From the human T2T-CHM13v2.0 reference genome, Homo sapiens: 64,000 nt of DNA. Shown here piece after piece: positions 41,501-56,100 of this stretch (within the stretch, counting starts at the first letter, position 1; the number at the start of each line of letters is the position of its first letter). The translations under genes and the position numbers were made by a program. The stretch lies in assembly GCF_009914755.1 (NCBI RefSeq), contig NC_060935.1; one strand, written 5' to 3'. The notes below the pieces were generated by a model. That model was given only the letters and a program-made list of their open reading frames with translations, was not told the origin of the DNA and searched no databases.

Positions 41501-43495
41501 GAAGAGAAAGAAATAAAAGGTATTCACGTAAGAAGAGAAGAAGTCAAATTGTCTCTGTTTGCAGATGACGTAATCCTAAGAAAACCCCATCATCTCAGCC
41601 CAAAAGCTTCTTAAGCTGATAAGCAACTTCACCAAAGTCTCAGGATACAAAATCAATGTGCAAAAATTGCTAGCTTTCCTATACACCAACAACAGGCAAG
41701 CAGAGAGCCAAATTATGAATAAACTCCCATTTATAATTGCTACAAAGAGAATAAAATACTTAGAAATACAGCTAAAAAGGGAAGTGAAGGACCTCTTCAA
41801 GGAGAACTACATACCACTGCTCCAAGAAATCAAAGTGCACAAACAAATGGAAAACATTTCATGCTCATGGATAGGAAGAATCAATATTGTGAAAATGGCC
41901 ATACTGCCCAAAGTAATTTATAGGTTCAATGCTACTCTCATTAAACTACCATTGACATTCTTCACAGAATTAAAAAACAAAATTTTAAATTCATATGGAA
42001 CCAAAAAAGAGCCCAAACAGCCAAAACAATCCTAACCAAAAAGAACAAAGCTGGAGTTATCACGCTACCCGACTTCAAACTGTACTACAAGGCTACAGTA
42101 ACCAAAACAGAGTGGTACTCATACCAAAACAGATATATAGACTAATGGAACAGAGAAGAGGCCTCAGAAATAACACCTCACATCTACAACCATCTGATCT
42201 TTGACAAACCTGACAAAAACAAGCAATGGGGAAAGGATTCTCTATTTAATAAATGGTGCTGGGAAAACTGGCTAGCCATATGCAGAAAACAGAAACTGGA
42301 CCCCTTCCTTATACCTTATACAAAAGTTAACTCAAGATGGATTAAAGACTTAAATGTAAAACCTAAAACCAGAAAAACCCTGGAAGAAAACCTAGGCAGT
42401 ACCATTCAGGACACAGACATGGGCAAAGACTTCATGACAAAAACACCAAAAGCAAATGTAATAAAAGCAAAAATTGACAAAAGGGATCTAATTAAACTAA
42501 AGAGCTTCTGCACAGCAATGGAAACTATCATCAGAGAGAACAGACAACCTACAGAATGGGAGAAAATTTTTGCAAACTATCCATCTGACAAAGATCTAAT
42601 ATTCAGAGTCAATAAGGAACTTAAACAAATTTACAAGAAAAAAAAAACACAGCCCCATTAAAAAGTAGGACTGCAAATGTTCATGTCCGACATTTCTCTA
42701 AAGAAGACATTCACGTGGCCTACAAACATGTGGAAAAAACTCACCATCACTGGTCATTAGAGAAATGCAAATCAAAACCACAATGAGATACCATCTCACA
42801 CTAGTCAGAATGGCGATTATTAAAATGTCAAGAAACAACAGATGCTGGCAAGGTTGTGGAGAAAAAGGAACGCTGTTCTTCCACTTCCACTGTTGGTGGG
42901 AGTGTAAATTATTTCAACCACAGTGGAAGACAGCGTGATGACTCCTCAAAGACCTAGAACCAGAAATACCTTTTGACCCAGCTATCCTATTACTGGGTAT
43001 ATACCCAAAGGAATATAAATCATTTTATTATAAAGCTATATGCACACATGTGTTCATTGCAGGACTATTCACAATAGAAAAGACATGGAATGAACCCAAA
43101 CTTGAAAATGTGGTACATATACACCATGGAATACTATGCAACCATAAGAAGGAACAAGATCATGTCCTTTGCAGGGACAAGGATGGAGCTGTCGTTTTTT
43201 TTCTCAGCAACCTAACTCAGGAACAGAAAACCAAACATGGCACGTTCTCACTTATAAGTGGGAGCTGAACAATGAGATCACATGGACACATAGTGGGGAA
43301 TAACGCACGCTGGTGCCTGTCATGGGGCGGGGAGAGGGAGAGCATCAGGAAGAATAGCTAATGGATTCTGGGCTTAATACCTAGGTGAGGGGTTGATCTG
43401 TTCAGTAAGCCACCATGGCACATGTTTACCTATGAAACAAACCTGCACACTCTGCAGATGTATCCCAGAACTTAAAGTTGAAGAAAATAAAAAGA
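41501..43495 (+). mobile_element. L1PA (PA10/PA11-like), 5'-truncated, about 2 kb
   Basis: Starts in RT (ctgtttgcagatgac = LFADD), runs through ORF2 C-terminus and 3'UTR (ggaagaatagctaatggattctgggcttaatacctaggtg). Confidence 0.95.
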
Positions 43496-44224
43496 TGAAT
43501 TTTTTAAAAAGTGTTTGCTTTTAGTTTTATAATAGCAATCCATGTTATGCAGCAAAGTTGCTGACTTCATGTGTGCCCTTTGGTGTCTTGAGGATTAATT
43601 AAACAATGCTCCCTCCAAAGCTGCTGTTTTAGGAGGCTTGCCACTGCTCATGCAGTGCTACCTTAGAGACAAGCATCATTCCAAACTAGCTGGATTTGAA
43701 ATCAGAAAGGAACAGCACAGCAAAGATATAGCTTAAGAAAATTTCTTTCTGCCTGTGGCCCCTGCTCTAAGATCATGGTAGGTCAGAGCATCGTGTACTC
43801 TGTAGAATTGCAAAAGCTACTGTTTCACACTTAAGTTAGTGTAAAAAAAGGGAAGAATATAGGAAGCCCTTGTGACATAAGTTGGATAAAGAATTGAAGG
43901 AAACTTGATTCCTGAGATTTCCTTCAAAAACTTCTGCCTTAGTCTTTATAAATCAGATATAATCGCTACCCCACTCCCTTTGTAAAATGCAACTCACTGG
44001 GGAGCAGTGCAGCAGCAGGGGTCATATTTTCTCTGTCCACCATACCAGGTTATTATTTCACGCTGCAGTGAGGCAGAGAGGCCAGGCAGGGAAACCCCGG
44101 ACAATGGGTACATCTCTTAAGCCTATTGCTGAGGGAGAGAAATCACAGAGGAGAGCTCCAAGTTCAAAGATTGCAATTAAAAAATAGCATTTGTTACTAT
44201 CTAATGTAAAACTTTAAAAAATAA

Positions 44225-44536
<312 letters not shown>

Positions 44537-44846
44537 AAGACGCAGTTTTTTTCATTTGTGTGTTTTGACAGAGAAAATTCAAATCAGGCAACCAAATGTT
44601 TTTTTTTAATGTTTAAATTTATTTTCTACAGCCCACACTTTCTACACTTAAAATCAGTATTTTTTATCTTTTTCTATAAGATGATTGATTGATTTTGCTT
44701 TCAGTTTCCCACTTGTCACCCTTGCTTCCAAATATTGTCAAGATAATCTAGATTTAAAAGCTGTCTTCTTGCTATAAATTTGTTCTTACAATATATTTTA
44801 TTTCTAATTGTTTATATTAGATTTCATTTTATAATGGCACTTATAA

Positions 44847-45185
<339 letters not shown>

Positions 45186-45189
45186 TCAA

Positions 45190-45530
45190 CATTCTTATGA
45201 CTGTTTGTTGATAGACATAAGCACTCATGTTTTCGGGAAATATATTCACTAATTAATTATAGAATATGTGTGTTTAGCTTTACTAGATACTGCCAAACAG
45301 TTTTTTTGAAGTAGTTGTGCCAATTTACTAACCAGTCATGTAGTAGAGTTCCATTTGCTTCACATCCTCACCAGCATTTAGTACTGTTAGTCTTTTTACT
45401 TTTAGCCAGTTTATGGAAATGTAATGGTGTCTCCTTGTGGTTTTAATTTTAATGTCTCAATAAGTACTGAGGCAGAGGACATTTTCATATGCTTAGCTTT
45501 TGGATATTTTTTTGAGTGAAATGCCTACGG
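45190..45530 (-). mobile_element. Old L1M (ME/MD-like) ORF2 fragment
   Basis: tagatactgccaaacag...gagttccatttgcttcacatcctcaccagcattt...tctccttgtggttttaattt. Confidence 0.7.
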
Positions 45531-45989
45531 AGGCTTTGCCTCGAAGAAAGAAGGCCATTCAAGCTAAAGGAACAGAAATGTCCAAGTCACCACCAAAGTG
45601 AGAAATGTGCTTTTCTCTACATTCATTTAGCTTGAAGCTCATTGACCTTTTTGGTGCTTTGGTTTAAGTATTTTTTCATCAAATTTGAACAGTTTTGGCA
45701 TTATTACTTCAAATCTTTTTTCTGCCTCAATATTTCTCTACTATCTGATATAATTACAGGTGTACATTACAGGTGCACAAGTGAGCAATGCTAAAGAAAT
45801 GACAATGAGGAAATTGTGACTATTGCATAGACTGCATGAGGAGCTGTGGTCAGAGATAAGGGTGTACACACAAGCTTGGGCCATATCACAAAAGACTCAA
45901 TGCCTAGATCTCTCACTTCCATGTCCCTGTTTTACTCAACCAATTTTTATTCAATACTATTTATTAATTATTTTCTATGTGTAAGGCAC

Positions 45990-46444
45990 TGTCTTAGTCC
46001 ATTTGTGTTGTTATAACAGAATACCTAAAAGTGGAGAATTTATTAATAAAAGAGGTTTATTTAACTCATGGTTCTGCAAGCTGGGAAGTTTAAGGGCATG
46101 GCCCTGGCTTCTAGTGAGGGCTTTTATGCTGCATCATAACATGGTAGAGAAGGTCAAAGGGAAAGCAGACACCTGTGAAGAGACAAAACTCAAAGAACGT
46201 GCTGGTTTCAAAACAACTCACTCTTGCGGGAATTAGTCCATTCCTATGGGAATTAATTCAGTCTCACTAATTTAGAACAAGAACTTACTACAGCAAGAAT
46301 GGCACCAAGCCATTCATGAGGGATCCACTCCCATGTCCCAAACACCCCCCACCAGGCCCCACCTCCCAATGCCACTACATTGGGGATCAAGTTTTAACAT
46401 GACATTTGATAATGGGATAAACAGACCATTTCCAAACCATAACA
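45990..46444 (-). mobile_element. MST-family MaLR solo LTR
   Basis: tgtcttagtccatttgtgttg...tccaaaccataaca; 5-bp TSD ggcac/gacac. Confidence 0.9.
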
Positions 46445-48006
46445 GACACTATTATAGAATATTTAGGAAAAGCAAAACTAAGTCAAGGACTTGACTGTCC
46501 AGAAGGTTGAAATCCAGATGTGATTGTTTAGGATATGACTTTGAACAAAGAAATGATTCTGTAGATAAAGCTGTATCTGCAATGGGACTACAGTCTTTTG
46601 CAGAAGGAAACTGACTCCTCTTCGGTCCCATAAGGACAGATCAGGAACAAAAACAAGCAAACCCACACAGATAATTAGGATTAAAATTCAGAAATGACAT
46701 TAGAATTTTGTTTTGCATGCCTCATACTCTGCATGTCTCATACTCTGCTAATTCCTTTGCTTCCTCCGAATTAAACACAATTGCCAGTAGAAACTAGCAG
46801 AAACTTTAGTCTGCCACAACATCCTGACCTAGCAAAAGTTAGGGGCACTCTTACATCAATCGCCAATCTGATGAAGAAAATTGTTTACTTGAATCATAGA
46901 AACACATATTTTGCTGGAACACAGTGAAAATGTAGTAGTAACAAAAATATCTAAACTCTAGCCTTTATTCTCTGAAAAGTTTACACAGATCTTTTCCTCA
47001 TGACGTTATTATGTTAAAGTTTGTGTAATTAGACAGTCTCAAAGCATAAGCAATTTCAATGTGACGTGTGTATTTTAGGGGAGAGGGACAGGAGAAGGAC
47101 TTTTGGTGGAATTTATTACTACTTCAAAAAAGTAAACTTGGCAAATCCATCCCTTCTTGGCATTAAACAGATATTGTCTTCATAGTGGTAAATGGTCTCC
47201 ATGACTCAGCCTCCAGTTGCAAGGCAGATGAGAGGTCTCTAAACCTGTCAGAGAGCCCACAGGGTTACTTAAGTCAACTCCCTGCCCCAGTCAGCTATCT
47301 ATCTACTCCCCACAATAAATGGCTGGTCAGTTCCACTTTAAATATCTCTCAGATAAAGACCTATGCTCTTTCCCAGTAGATTTCTTCAGTCTTTTCTTGT
47401 TCTAAACATACTTTCTATAAGAAGATATTACTGCTTCTTCTGCCCTCCACATACGGCAAATACTTGCTCAACGTCATCTTTTTAGTAACAGAGGCCACAT
47501 TATCTCAAAAAGTATATTTATTAAAAGGCTGGATTCTGCAATAAAAAATGTATACTTGGAAACATTCTTTGTTTCCAAGCAAATCTCAGTTATTGTAGGC
47601 TTTTTATCGTCATTTCTCTCACCTTCAATCAAGCAGGAAAATTTGCCCTACACTGTCTATTCTTCTTCTCTTTCCATTCAAATCTCCTAGTCTGGGATGA
47701 CATAATGCCTGGTATTTAGGTGCATGCTACAGCCTCCGGGCTGTTTTTCCTGTTTCCAACCTCTCCCTAGATTGATCCTGCACGTATATGCCACCTTTAT
47801 CTTCTTAAAATACTGTTTTTTTCCTCAATATGCTTCCAAAACGGAAGAAAGGAAACATAAGAAATAAGAGAATATGTTCATGACTGAGGGACAGGCAAAT
47901 ATTTTTAGACAAAAGCCAAAAAGAAAAAAATGATAAATAAATTGACCTATATTAAAATCAAGAACTTCTGTCCCTCAAAAGAAGCATTAAAAGAATGAAG
48001 GGCCGG

Positions 48007-48299
48007 GGCCGGGCGCGGTGGCTCACGCTTGTAATCCCAGCACTTTGGGAGGCCGAGGCGGGTGGATCATGAGGTCAGGAGATCGAGACCACGGTGAAAC
48101 CCCGTCTCTACTAAAAATAAAAAAAAAAAAATTAGCCGGGCGTGGTGGCGGGCGCCTGTAGTCCCAGCTACTCGGAGAGGCTGAGGCAGGAGAATGGCGT
48201 GAACCCGGGAGGCGGAGCTTGCAGTGAGCCGAGACTGCGCCACTGTACTCCAGCCTGGGTGACAGAGCGAGACTCCGTCTCAAAAAAAAAAAAAAAAAA
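48007..48299 (+). mobile_element. AluY, Yd lineage (Yd3/AluYc3-like)
   Basis: 12-bp left-arm deletion (gatcgagacc^acggtgaaac), cacgcttgtaat and ctcggagagg; CpG-rich; TSD aaaagaatgaagggccgg. Confidence 0.9.
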
Positions 48300-48312
48300 G
48301 AATGAAGGGCCG

Positions 48313-48922
<610 letters not shown>

Positions 48923-49961
48923 TAATGAAAAGGCAATCATAGAGTGGCTTATGTGTATAATACACATAAACGACAGAAGAATAATAATCAGAATATAGAA
49001 CAAATTCCTTGAACAATAAAGAAATAATTTATTCAGTAGAAAATTGACAGGCATTTTATGAAGGAAGATATCCAAATGAACAGTAAATCTGTGAAAACAT
49101 ATTTAACTTCATTATTCATTAAGAAAATAAACATTAAAACCACAATAAATTGCTATTGCATATGTCACCAGAAAGACTAAATAAAAAAGACAATACCTAG
49201 TGATGGTGTGAAAGTAGAGTAACTGGAACTCTGAAACCCACTGATGGGCATGTAAATTAGTGCAACCATTTAGGGAAAACTGTTTGCCAATATCAACTAA
49301 CCTTGCTCATGCACGTAACCTATACCCAGAAATTCTATCCCTAGGTATACATCTAAAGAGACTTGTATACATATTCAATGAAGTACATATACAAGAATAT
49401 CCATTCATTCAACATTATTTGTGATATCCAAATCCAGAAAGCAACACATATGTCTATGAAAAGTACAGTGAATAAATATATTGTGCTGTAATCATATCAT
49501 GAAATACTAATCAGCAACAAATGTGACTCAAGTATTACTATGTGCTGAATCTCAGAACATGAATGAATCTCAGAAACATGTTGAATGAAAGTAGCCAGGA
49601 ACACAAAGAATACATTCTGCAAGATTTAATTTATATAAAAGACTAAAACAGACAAAAATGAATCTATAATGCACAGATTCAGGATAAGTGGTTTCCCTTA
49701 CAGGAGATATCGACTGGTCAGGGTTAGAAGAATAGCTTTTGGGATTCTGGTAATGTTCTGTTTCTTAATCTTGGTGCTGGATGCACCGGTATGGTTACTT
49801 GGTGAAAATTCATCAGGTTCTACACTAATGATTTGTGCCTCTTTCCATATATAAATTATACTTTAGTAAAAAAGTTAAAACAAAACAATGTGTACATTTT
49901 CCTCTTATTACTCAATAATTTGCATGGCTTTCCAGGATCTACCAAACCAAGTTTCATTTTT

Positions 49962-49996
49962 CACACACACACACACACACACATACACACACACAC
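49962..49996 (+). repeat. (CA)n microsatellite
   Basis: Seen directly. Confidence 0.95.
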
Positions 49997-52041
49997 GCCC
50001 TCCTTCACATCTTTATTCATACAGTTTCCCCTTATTGAAATATTCTTTATTCTCCATATGCTGGTTTGGTAAACCATATCTCCTTGACATGTACTAATTT
50101 GCTCAGGACAGTCCTACTTTGAAGCTGTTGCCCTGGAGTAATTACCAAAAGTAACTAGAACAATTAGAAATATTTAGAACATGTCCCTTACCTTTAGAGT
50201 TGTCTTTACCATACTTAATTCAAAAACAAACTTTTAGTGACTCTATTTTCCCATGTCTTTGCAAAGCATTCGGCATAGTTTTTGTAGAAACAACATTTCA
50301 TGTAACATGTGATTAAGTTATATCTACTTAGCAAGTAAAACTGGCAAAAATAGGAACAAACATTAGTGGCTTTTGGGAACTCAACTGACGGAGAGGCAGG
50401 CTGGTGTACTGGCTGCACTGCATTAGGTTTGCATCTATAGCACCCACTTACGTTTTACAGAGAGAATGGGGCACCTTATTTCATCTGTCTAGTCAGTTAA
50501 TTGGAGGTTGGATGAGAGAATTTCTACTATATATCCATTTGTTAAGAAAACTACCAAATACATCAGGTATAAAAGCAAAGATACCAAATCAACAATGAGT
50601 GAAAGGAATTTTGTTTAATTTGGTCTAGAGTCAGACTCTTAGCTTCTTTCAAACTAAGTGTGGGTTTAGTCAAGACATCAAAAAAGCTTCAGGTTGAACT
50701 ACATAAATCTCTTTTGGAATCTAAAAGCCAGCACTTGTAATCAGAAGCATTTTTCATCCTTATACAGCCAAATGTTCGGTCCAAAACCATCAGGGAAAGA
50801 ACAGCACTAGGACATAGCTCATCCTGAGGGTACTCAGAGTTTCCCTATCACCTGCAGGTTAATGTTGGCATGACCACAGAAACCTGCCACCTGATCATTG
50901 GCCAGTTCCTTGATGGGGGTGTGGGTGAAAGGAAGAAACCCTAATGGGATTAGAAAAATGAAAAAGTAGGCTGGAGCCAAGATGACATTAGACTAGGAAG
51001 GCTAGAGATGGGAAAATATTGCAAGAAAGGACATTCTTAATTCATGTCATCTTCAGAAAATCCATTCATCTTGATGCTAAATTCCTTGGCAAGGTCTAAA
51101 TATGAAATTTAAAGAAGCTTTTCCCATTAAATTGCCACTTGACATTACACATTTGGAGGGAAAGAAGTCTCAGAGATGGAAGTTTTGTCATCTAGCTGGC
51201 CAACTACTCAGCAGAGTGAATAGAGGTGCTCCATTTCTCTGAATCTAGCACTGCTCACTGTGTCCTAGTCAAGTCAACCAGGAACAGCCTGACCCAGAAT
51301 GTCTAGCAAGAAGGGAATTAGATCAAAGTGCTCTTCCATCCTGGATGCCTTTAAATAATATTATGGGATTAAAGGTTTTACAAAAAATGTAATTCAATTA
51401 ACTGGTTCCTCTTACTGTTTTCTTAAAGCAACAATGATTGAATAGATTTGTAGGCCCAAGGACAGAAGGGCATCATCTAACCCTATTTGGAGAATTTAAC
51501 CCTATTTTGAAGAACTCTTTTTATGAGATTACTTTATGTTTGTAAAATCCATCATAATCACCTTTTGGCTGTTCCAGAAAGTCTCAGAACCTGGTCAACA
51601 CATTTGCTCATCACAAGTGGAGGAAAAGCAGAAGCAACAAAGATAGACGTGGTCAGAAGAGAATAAAAGGAGCAAAAATAATGTGATCAGTAGCAGATCC
51701 CTTTCCTCATAAGCTGTTTCTTTCAGAATAAAAAATTCACTACCACCCCACCCCAAACCACCCAACACGTAGAGCTACCATGCTCACTAGCTTAGCTGCC
51801 CGTCTGCTAGGACCTGCCAAGCTGGCAGAGGAATCTGGTGCTGGCCCTCAATAAAGGGTCATCACTTTCCCTTCATCTTGCCTTATGAGGACACTCCTCC
51901 TGTTCTGTGTCTCACAGCCTTGGGGCTACAGGCAGTAAGTTCCACACCTATCTCATATTCTAGTCATTTTTGAACTTTAAAAAAAGTAGCTAAATGCCTT
52001 TTATACAAATAACAAATAAGTATATGAAAAGGTAGAAGACG

Positions 52042-52454
52042 TGTCTTAGTCCATTTTGTGTTGCTATACAGAAATGCTGGAAGTTGGGTAATTTATAAAG
52101 AGAAGGGGTTCATTTGGCTTACAATTCTGATGGCTGGAAAGTTTAAGATAGGCGTCTAGCGAAGACCTTAGGCTGCTTTCATTCATGGCATAGGACAAAG
52201 GGGAGCCAGCCTGTGCAGAAATCACATGGCAAGAGGGAAAGCAAGAGAGAGTGGGGAAGTGCCAGGCTCGTCTTAACAACCAGTTCTCAGGAGAACTAAG
52301 AGCAACAACTCACTCACCCCCAAGGGAAGACATTAACCTATGCTTGAGGGATCCACCCCCATGACCCAAACACCTTCTATTAGACCCAATCTCCAACACT
52401 GGGGATCAAATTTCAACATAAGTTTTCGAGAAAACAAACATCCAAACCATTGCA
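52042..52454 (-). mobile_element. MST-family (MSTA/B-like) MaLR solo LTR
   Basis: tgtcttagtccattttgtgttgctat...ggatccacccccatgacccaaacacct...tccaaaccattgca. Confidence 0.9.
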
Positions 52455-52620
52455 AGGGGTCTTCTCTGGTTGCAGCAGAAGAGAGGCAAAAAATGTCCAC
52501 ATTCCTTGTGTCTCCCTCCCCTGTCATCCTCTCGGGACACTGTGTAAGGAAACCTGGCTTCTTAGAACAGAATGAAAAAACAACTGACAACAAACTGCCT
52601 GGCAGATGTGCTAATAGGAA

Positions 52621-53197
52621 TAAAGGAAACCAAAAATATTTTACCCCAAAATATACTTCTTTAACATATTTTGAGATGGCTATTCAGAGGGTCTGCAAAC
52701 AGGAATAGCCTTGAAAAGCTGCCTTTTGTGGAGGAGATTTGCATCTGTAGAGAAAATCTACATTGGTGAAATAAATAGCCAGGCTTTCTCTGCCCCCTGT
52801 TCTCCATCTGGATCTAGAAAGGGCTGTCTCATGGGAGAGAGAAACTGAGAGTCTGACACCTTTGGAGGTCTGACAGAAACCTATTCTGAGAACTGTTACC
52901 TGTGAGGTTTCATCTGCATAACAAGACCACCTTTGCTAGCCTTGCCTTTCCTCTTCTCCCTCTCCCAAAACCTGTCTTGCCATGTTCCATGCCTCTTTTT
53001 CTATAACCTCAAGATGGTATAAAAGAATCAACTATCTGGGCCTTTCTTTGAGTTTTTATATTTTGTATGACTTCCATGCACATGTGTACATGTTAATACA
53101 TTTTGTATGCCTTTTTTTTCTATTAATCTTCCTTTTGTCCATTTATTTTCACTGAACCTTCAAAGGGTGAAGGGGAAGGTTTTCCTTGGCCCCTACA
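52621..53197 (+). mobile_element. 5' LTR of a MER4-group ERV1 provirus
   Basis: Direct repeat of 60139-60545 plus 61251-61425; TATA (tataaaag) at about 53018; ends cccctaca, followed by PBS-like tggtactgtgagcaggat. Confidence 0.85.
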
Positions 53198-56100
53198 GTT
53201 TTTGGTACTGTGAGCAGGATAATCAGAACTGTCCTGCTGTTCTGAAAGCTGCAGTCAAGGTTACCCAGAACCTGACAAGCCAGCAGAAGGGCACAAATTT
53301 CTTACCAGTGAGATTCCTGGGTGTCTGTCTGTGAAATCCAGTGAAGCAGATGGTAAAAATCACTGTTTCTTTCTTTTCTCTTTTCCAAATTAATTTTTTT
53401 CCTTTGTCTGTATCTTTCTATGGTATTTGTCATAAAGAGTCCCTCTCATTTTACGTCCTTGAGAGCTTGACTTGTAACCAAGTAACTCTCTCTTGTTCTC
53501 TGATCTCCATGGGGTCACATTTGGTGGCCAGCCTGAAACGACTGGGAACCTGAAATGTTAAGCAGCAGACTCTGTGTTCTAAGTGTGCCAAGCTCTTAGG
53601 GGAATTTTAATAAGGAGTTCCTTCTATAAGGGGCTTTTGTTGCCTTAACTCTTGTTGCCTGGTTAGAACTGGGACAGTTCAATCCCAGGAGGGCCTATCC
53701 AGTGTCACAGATTAACAGGTCCATGACTGGTGGACCCTCACAAATTTGTGAGATACTGGAGACACTATAGGCATAAATAGCGGCTGTAACTGTCTATGAC
53801 AAGAGTCTTTTGCTATCTTAGTTTATTTCTGGGACTAAATTTGTGAGACGGGTATCACTGGGGAGGTGCAACTTTTGCATCCATTTTTAAAATGCCACTT
53901 CTGACCATGGTATTGTAAACCTGGAAAATTACCCATGGGACTTTCCATGGAAAAGGCTTATTGGCTTGAGTCACTGATGGAATAAATAAATTGGCTAGAT
54001 TTAAAAGAGAACTCTTAAGAGAGCTCTTGTCCTAAACAGCTATCTTATCAGTACCTATGAAAGAAATATAGCCTTAAAAACTTCCTTGGCAGGATTTGAA
54101 AAAAGCAGAAATCAGAGTTAAAACTAAGTTAAAATCCTTCGTACATTCAAACTGCCTGCTTTGGATCCCCCACAGGATCTTCAAGGAAGGGTATCCAGCC
54201 TGCAGTCTAGTGTCAAGGATTCCACACATTCACTGCTGAGGCATGAGTTTAATTTCCAGTCAGAGAGTCAGTTCCTTTGGGATGTAAATCCTTTAACTCA
54301 GGAGAAAAAAAAAAGAAACATCTACAAGAATTAGTTTGAATTATTTGTTTTGAATTTATATTTGTGTGACTCAACTTTTTAAGATATTCATTTGTTATTG
54401 ATCCTTTTCCCTTCTGTGGACAGCTATTGTTTTCCTGTTCATCTCCAAGTCTCTTTTTTCTTCCAGCTTTCTTTGGAGTGGCTCTGGATCTTGTGAGCAC
54501 TGCTTTTTTGCTGCTCTTTGGAGATGGCTAGTGCATCCATGGTGAAATTATAAAAAGCATGCTGGTTTTGGTTCTGAGTCGCTTGATAGTGACATTTGAT
54601 TTAAAAAAAAAAGAGAGAGAGAAAAAGAAGTTCAAAAGCCAGGAATATTGGCTACTTGTCCTGACTAAAATCTGGTAATGAAAGATTAAAAATATATATA
54701 TATTTTAAGAGCTCTATGGTCAAAAGTCAGCTTAATTAAAAGCTGATATTCAGACTGATTAAAAAAAAAGCTCCTCTTTTCTCTTTTGGATCCTATTTCT
54801 CTCATGTATTTTTTCAGTCAACTGAACCCTTTTTAATTTTATGTTTGGCCCTTCTGTTAGCTTCCTTTCTTGTTGACAAGATTTTTGCTTTAAAAGAAAA
54901 ATATAAAATTGTATTGGCCTTTGTGAGAAGCTTAAGATCTTCCCAAATTGGCTCCCCTCAGACTCATTCGCCCATTTGCTTTTGCCCTTCCTTTTGCCAC
55001 CTTTGTCATCCCCAACTTCCTCCATTTGGTAGTCAGTAGATTTAAAAATTATAGAAAGGAAATATGATGGGTTTAGTTGTTGCATAAAGATATCTGAAAG
55101 AGGCTTCTAGAGACTCTAAGTTCCTATGAGGAACACAGCCAAAGCACCACTGACCTTTTTAGGGGTCCCTGTCTTCCTCATGGAGCCCCAAGAGTCATGA
55201 GTAGGTTCAGCACTATTTTTTAATGAGCTTTGCCCTGAACTCAGTAATCCAGTTAAAAACAGAAACTAAGCTTTTTAGCCACCTATCCAAATAAATCAGT
55301 TTCCAAAGTACAACTTTCTGGCATTTAGCTGGCTATTTTTTAAACTCTTTGTAAAAGAAATTTATATCTATAAAGAAAATCTCCATTTGTAAGGGCATCT
55401 TCCTCTACATAAACCACTAGAAGCTGTTACAATGGGAAAGACATTTACTTAAAAGTTTACATAGAAAACCTTACCTTTGTTTAAAGTCCTTTTCCTGACC
55501 ATCTTACCTTAACCGGGCTTTTACCCATACCATTCTTTGTCTTGGTAAATAATGATGTTTATATCTAAGTTTTGTGCCTTTGAGATATAAATTTTCTTCT
55601 TGTTCTACCTAAGAGTTATCCTTTTGGAAGTGTGAATTTAGAGTTGCCTAGTTAACAATTGCTTGGGGCAATGAAACAGGTAATTAGAAGTGTAATGATC
55701 TGAATGGGGAAAAACAAAAACTAGCTAGAAGCTGGCAAATGCAGAAACTTAATGAAAGCTTTAAGATCTGCTTCTGTTTGTATATCTATATGTATATGTG
55801 ATATTTCATGTGATCTGAAATAATCTTAGGTAAATAAAGCTAGTTTTAAGGTTGTTGGTAAAATAAAATAGAAATGTTTTCAGAATTGTTGGTATTAAAT
55901 ATAATTCAGACATTTTTGCCTGGATCTACTGGTCAGATAGGTTTATGCTGTCTCTGATACATGTTTTAAGTTCATGAAACTACTTCTGTAATACTTCATA
56001 TACATGCCTGGTTTATCTGTAAGCTAAAGCTGTAAAGTCTGACTGCTAGGCTTTCCTGAATCCTTGCACACATCTTGCTATAAGCTTATGTTTTTTATTT

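Noticed and set aside
50068-50535. Possible MER81/MER94 and Tigger-type DNA transposon remnants
   Set aside because: Similarity recalled only over short stretches; too weak to annotate without a Dfam search
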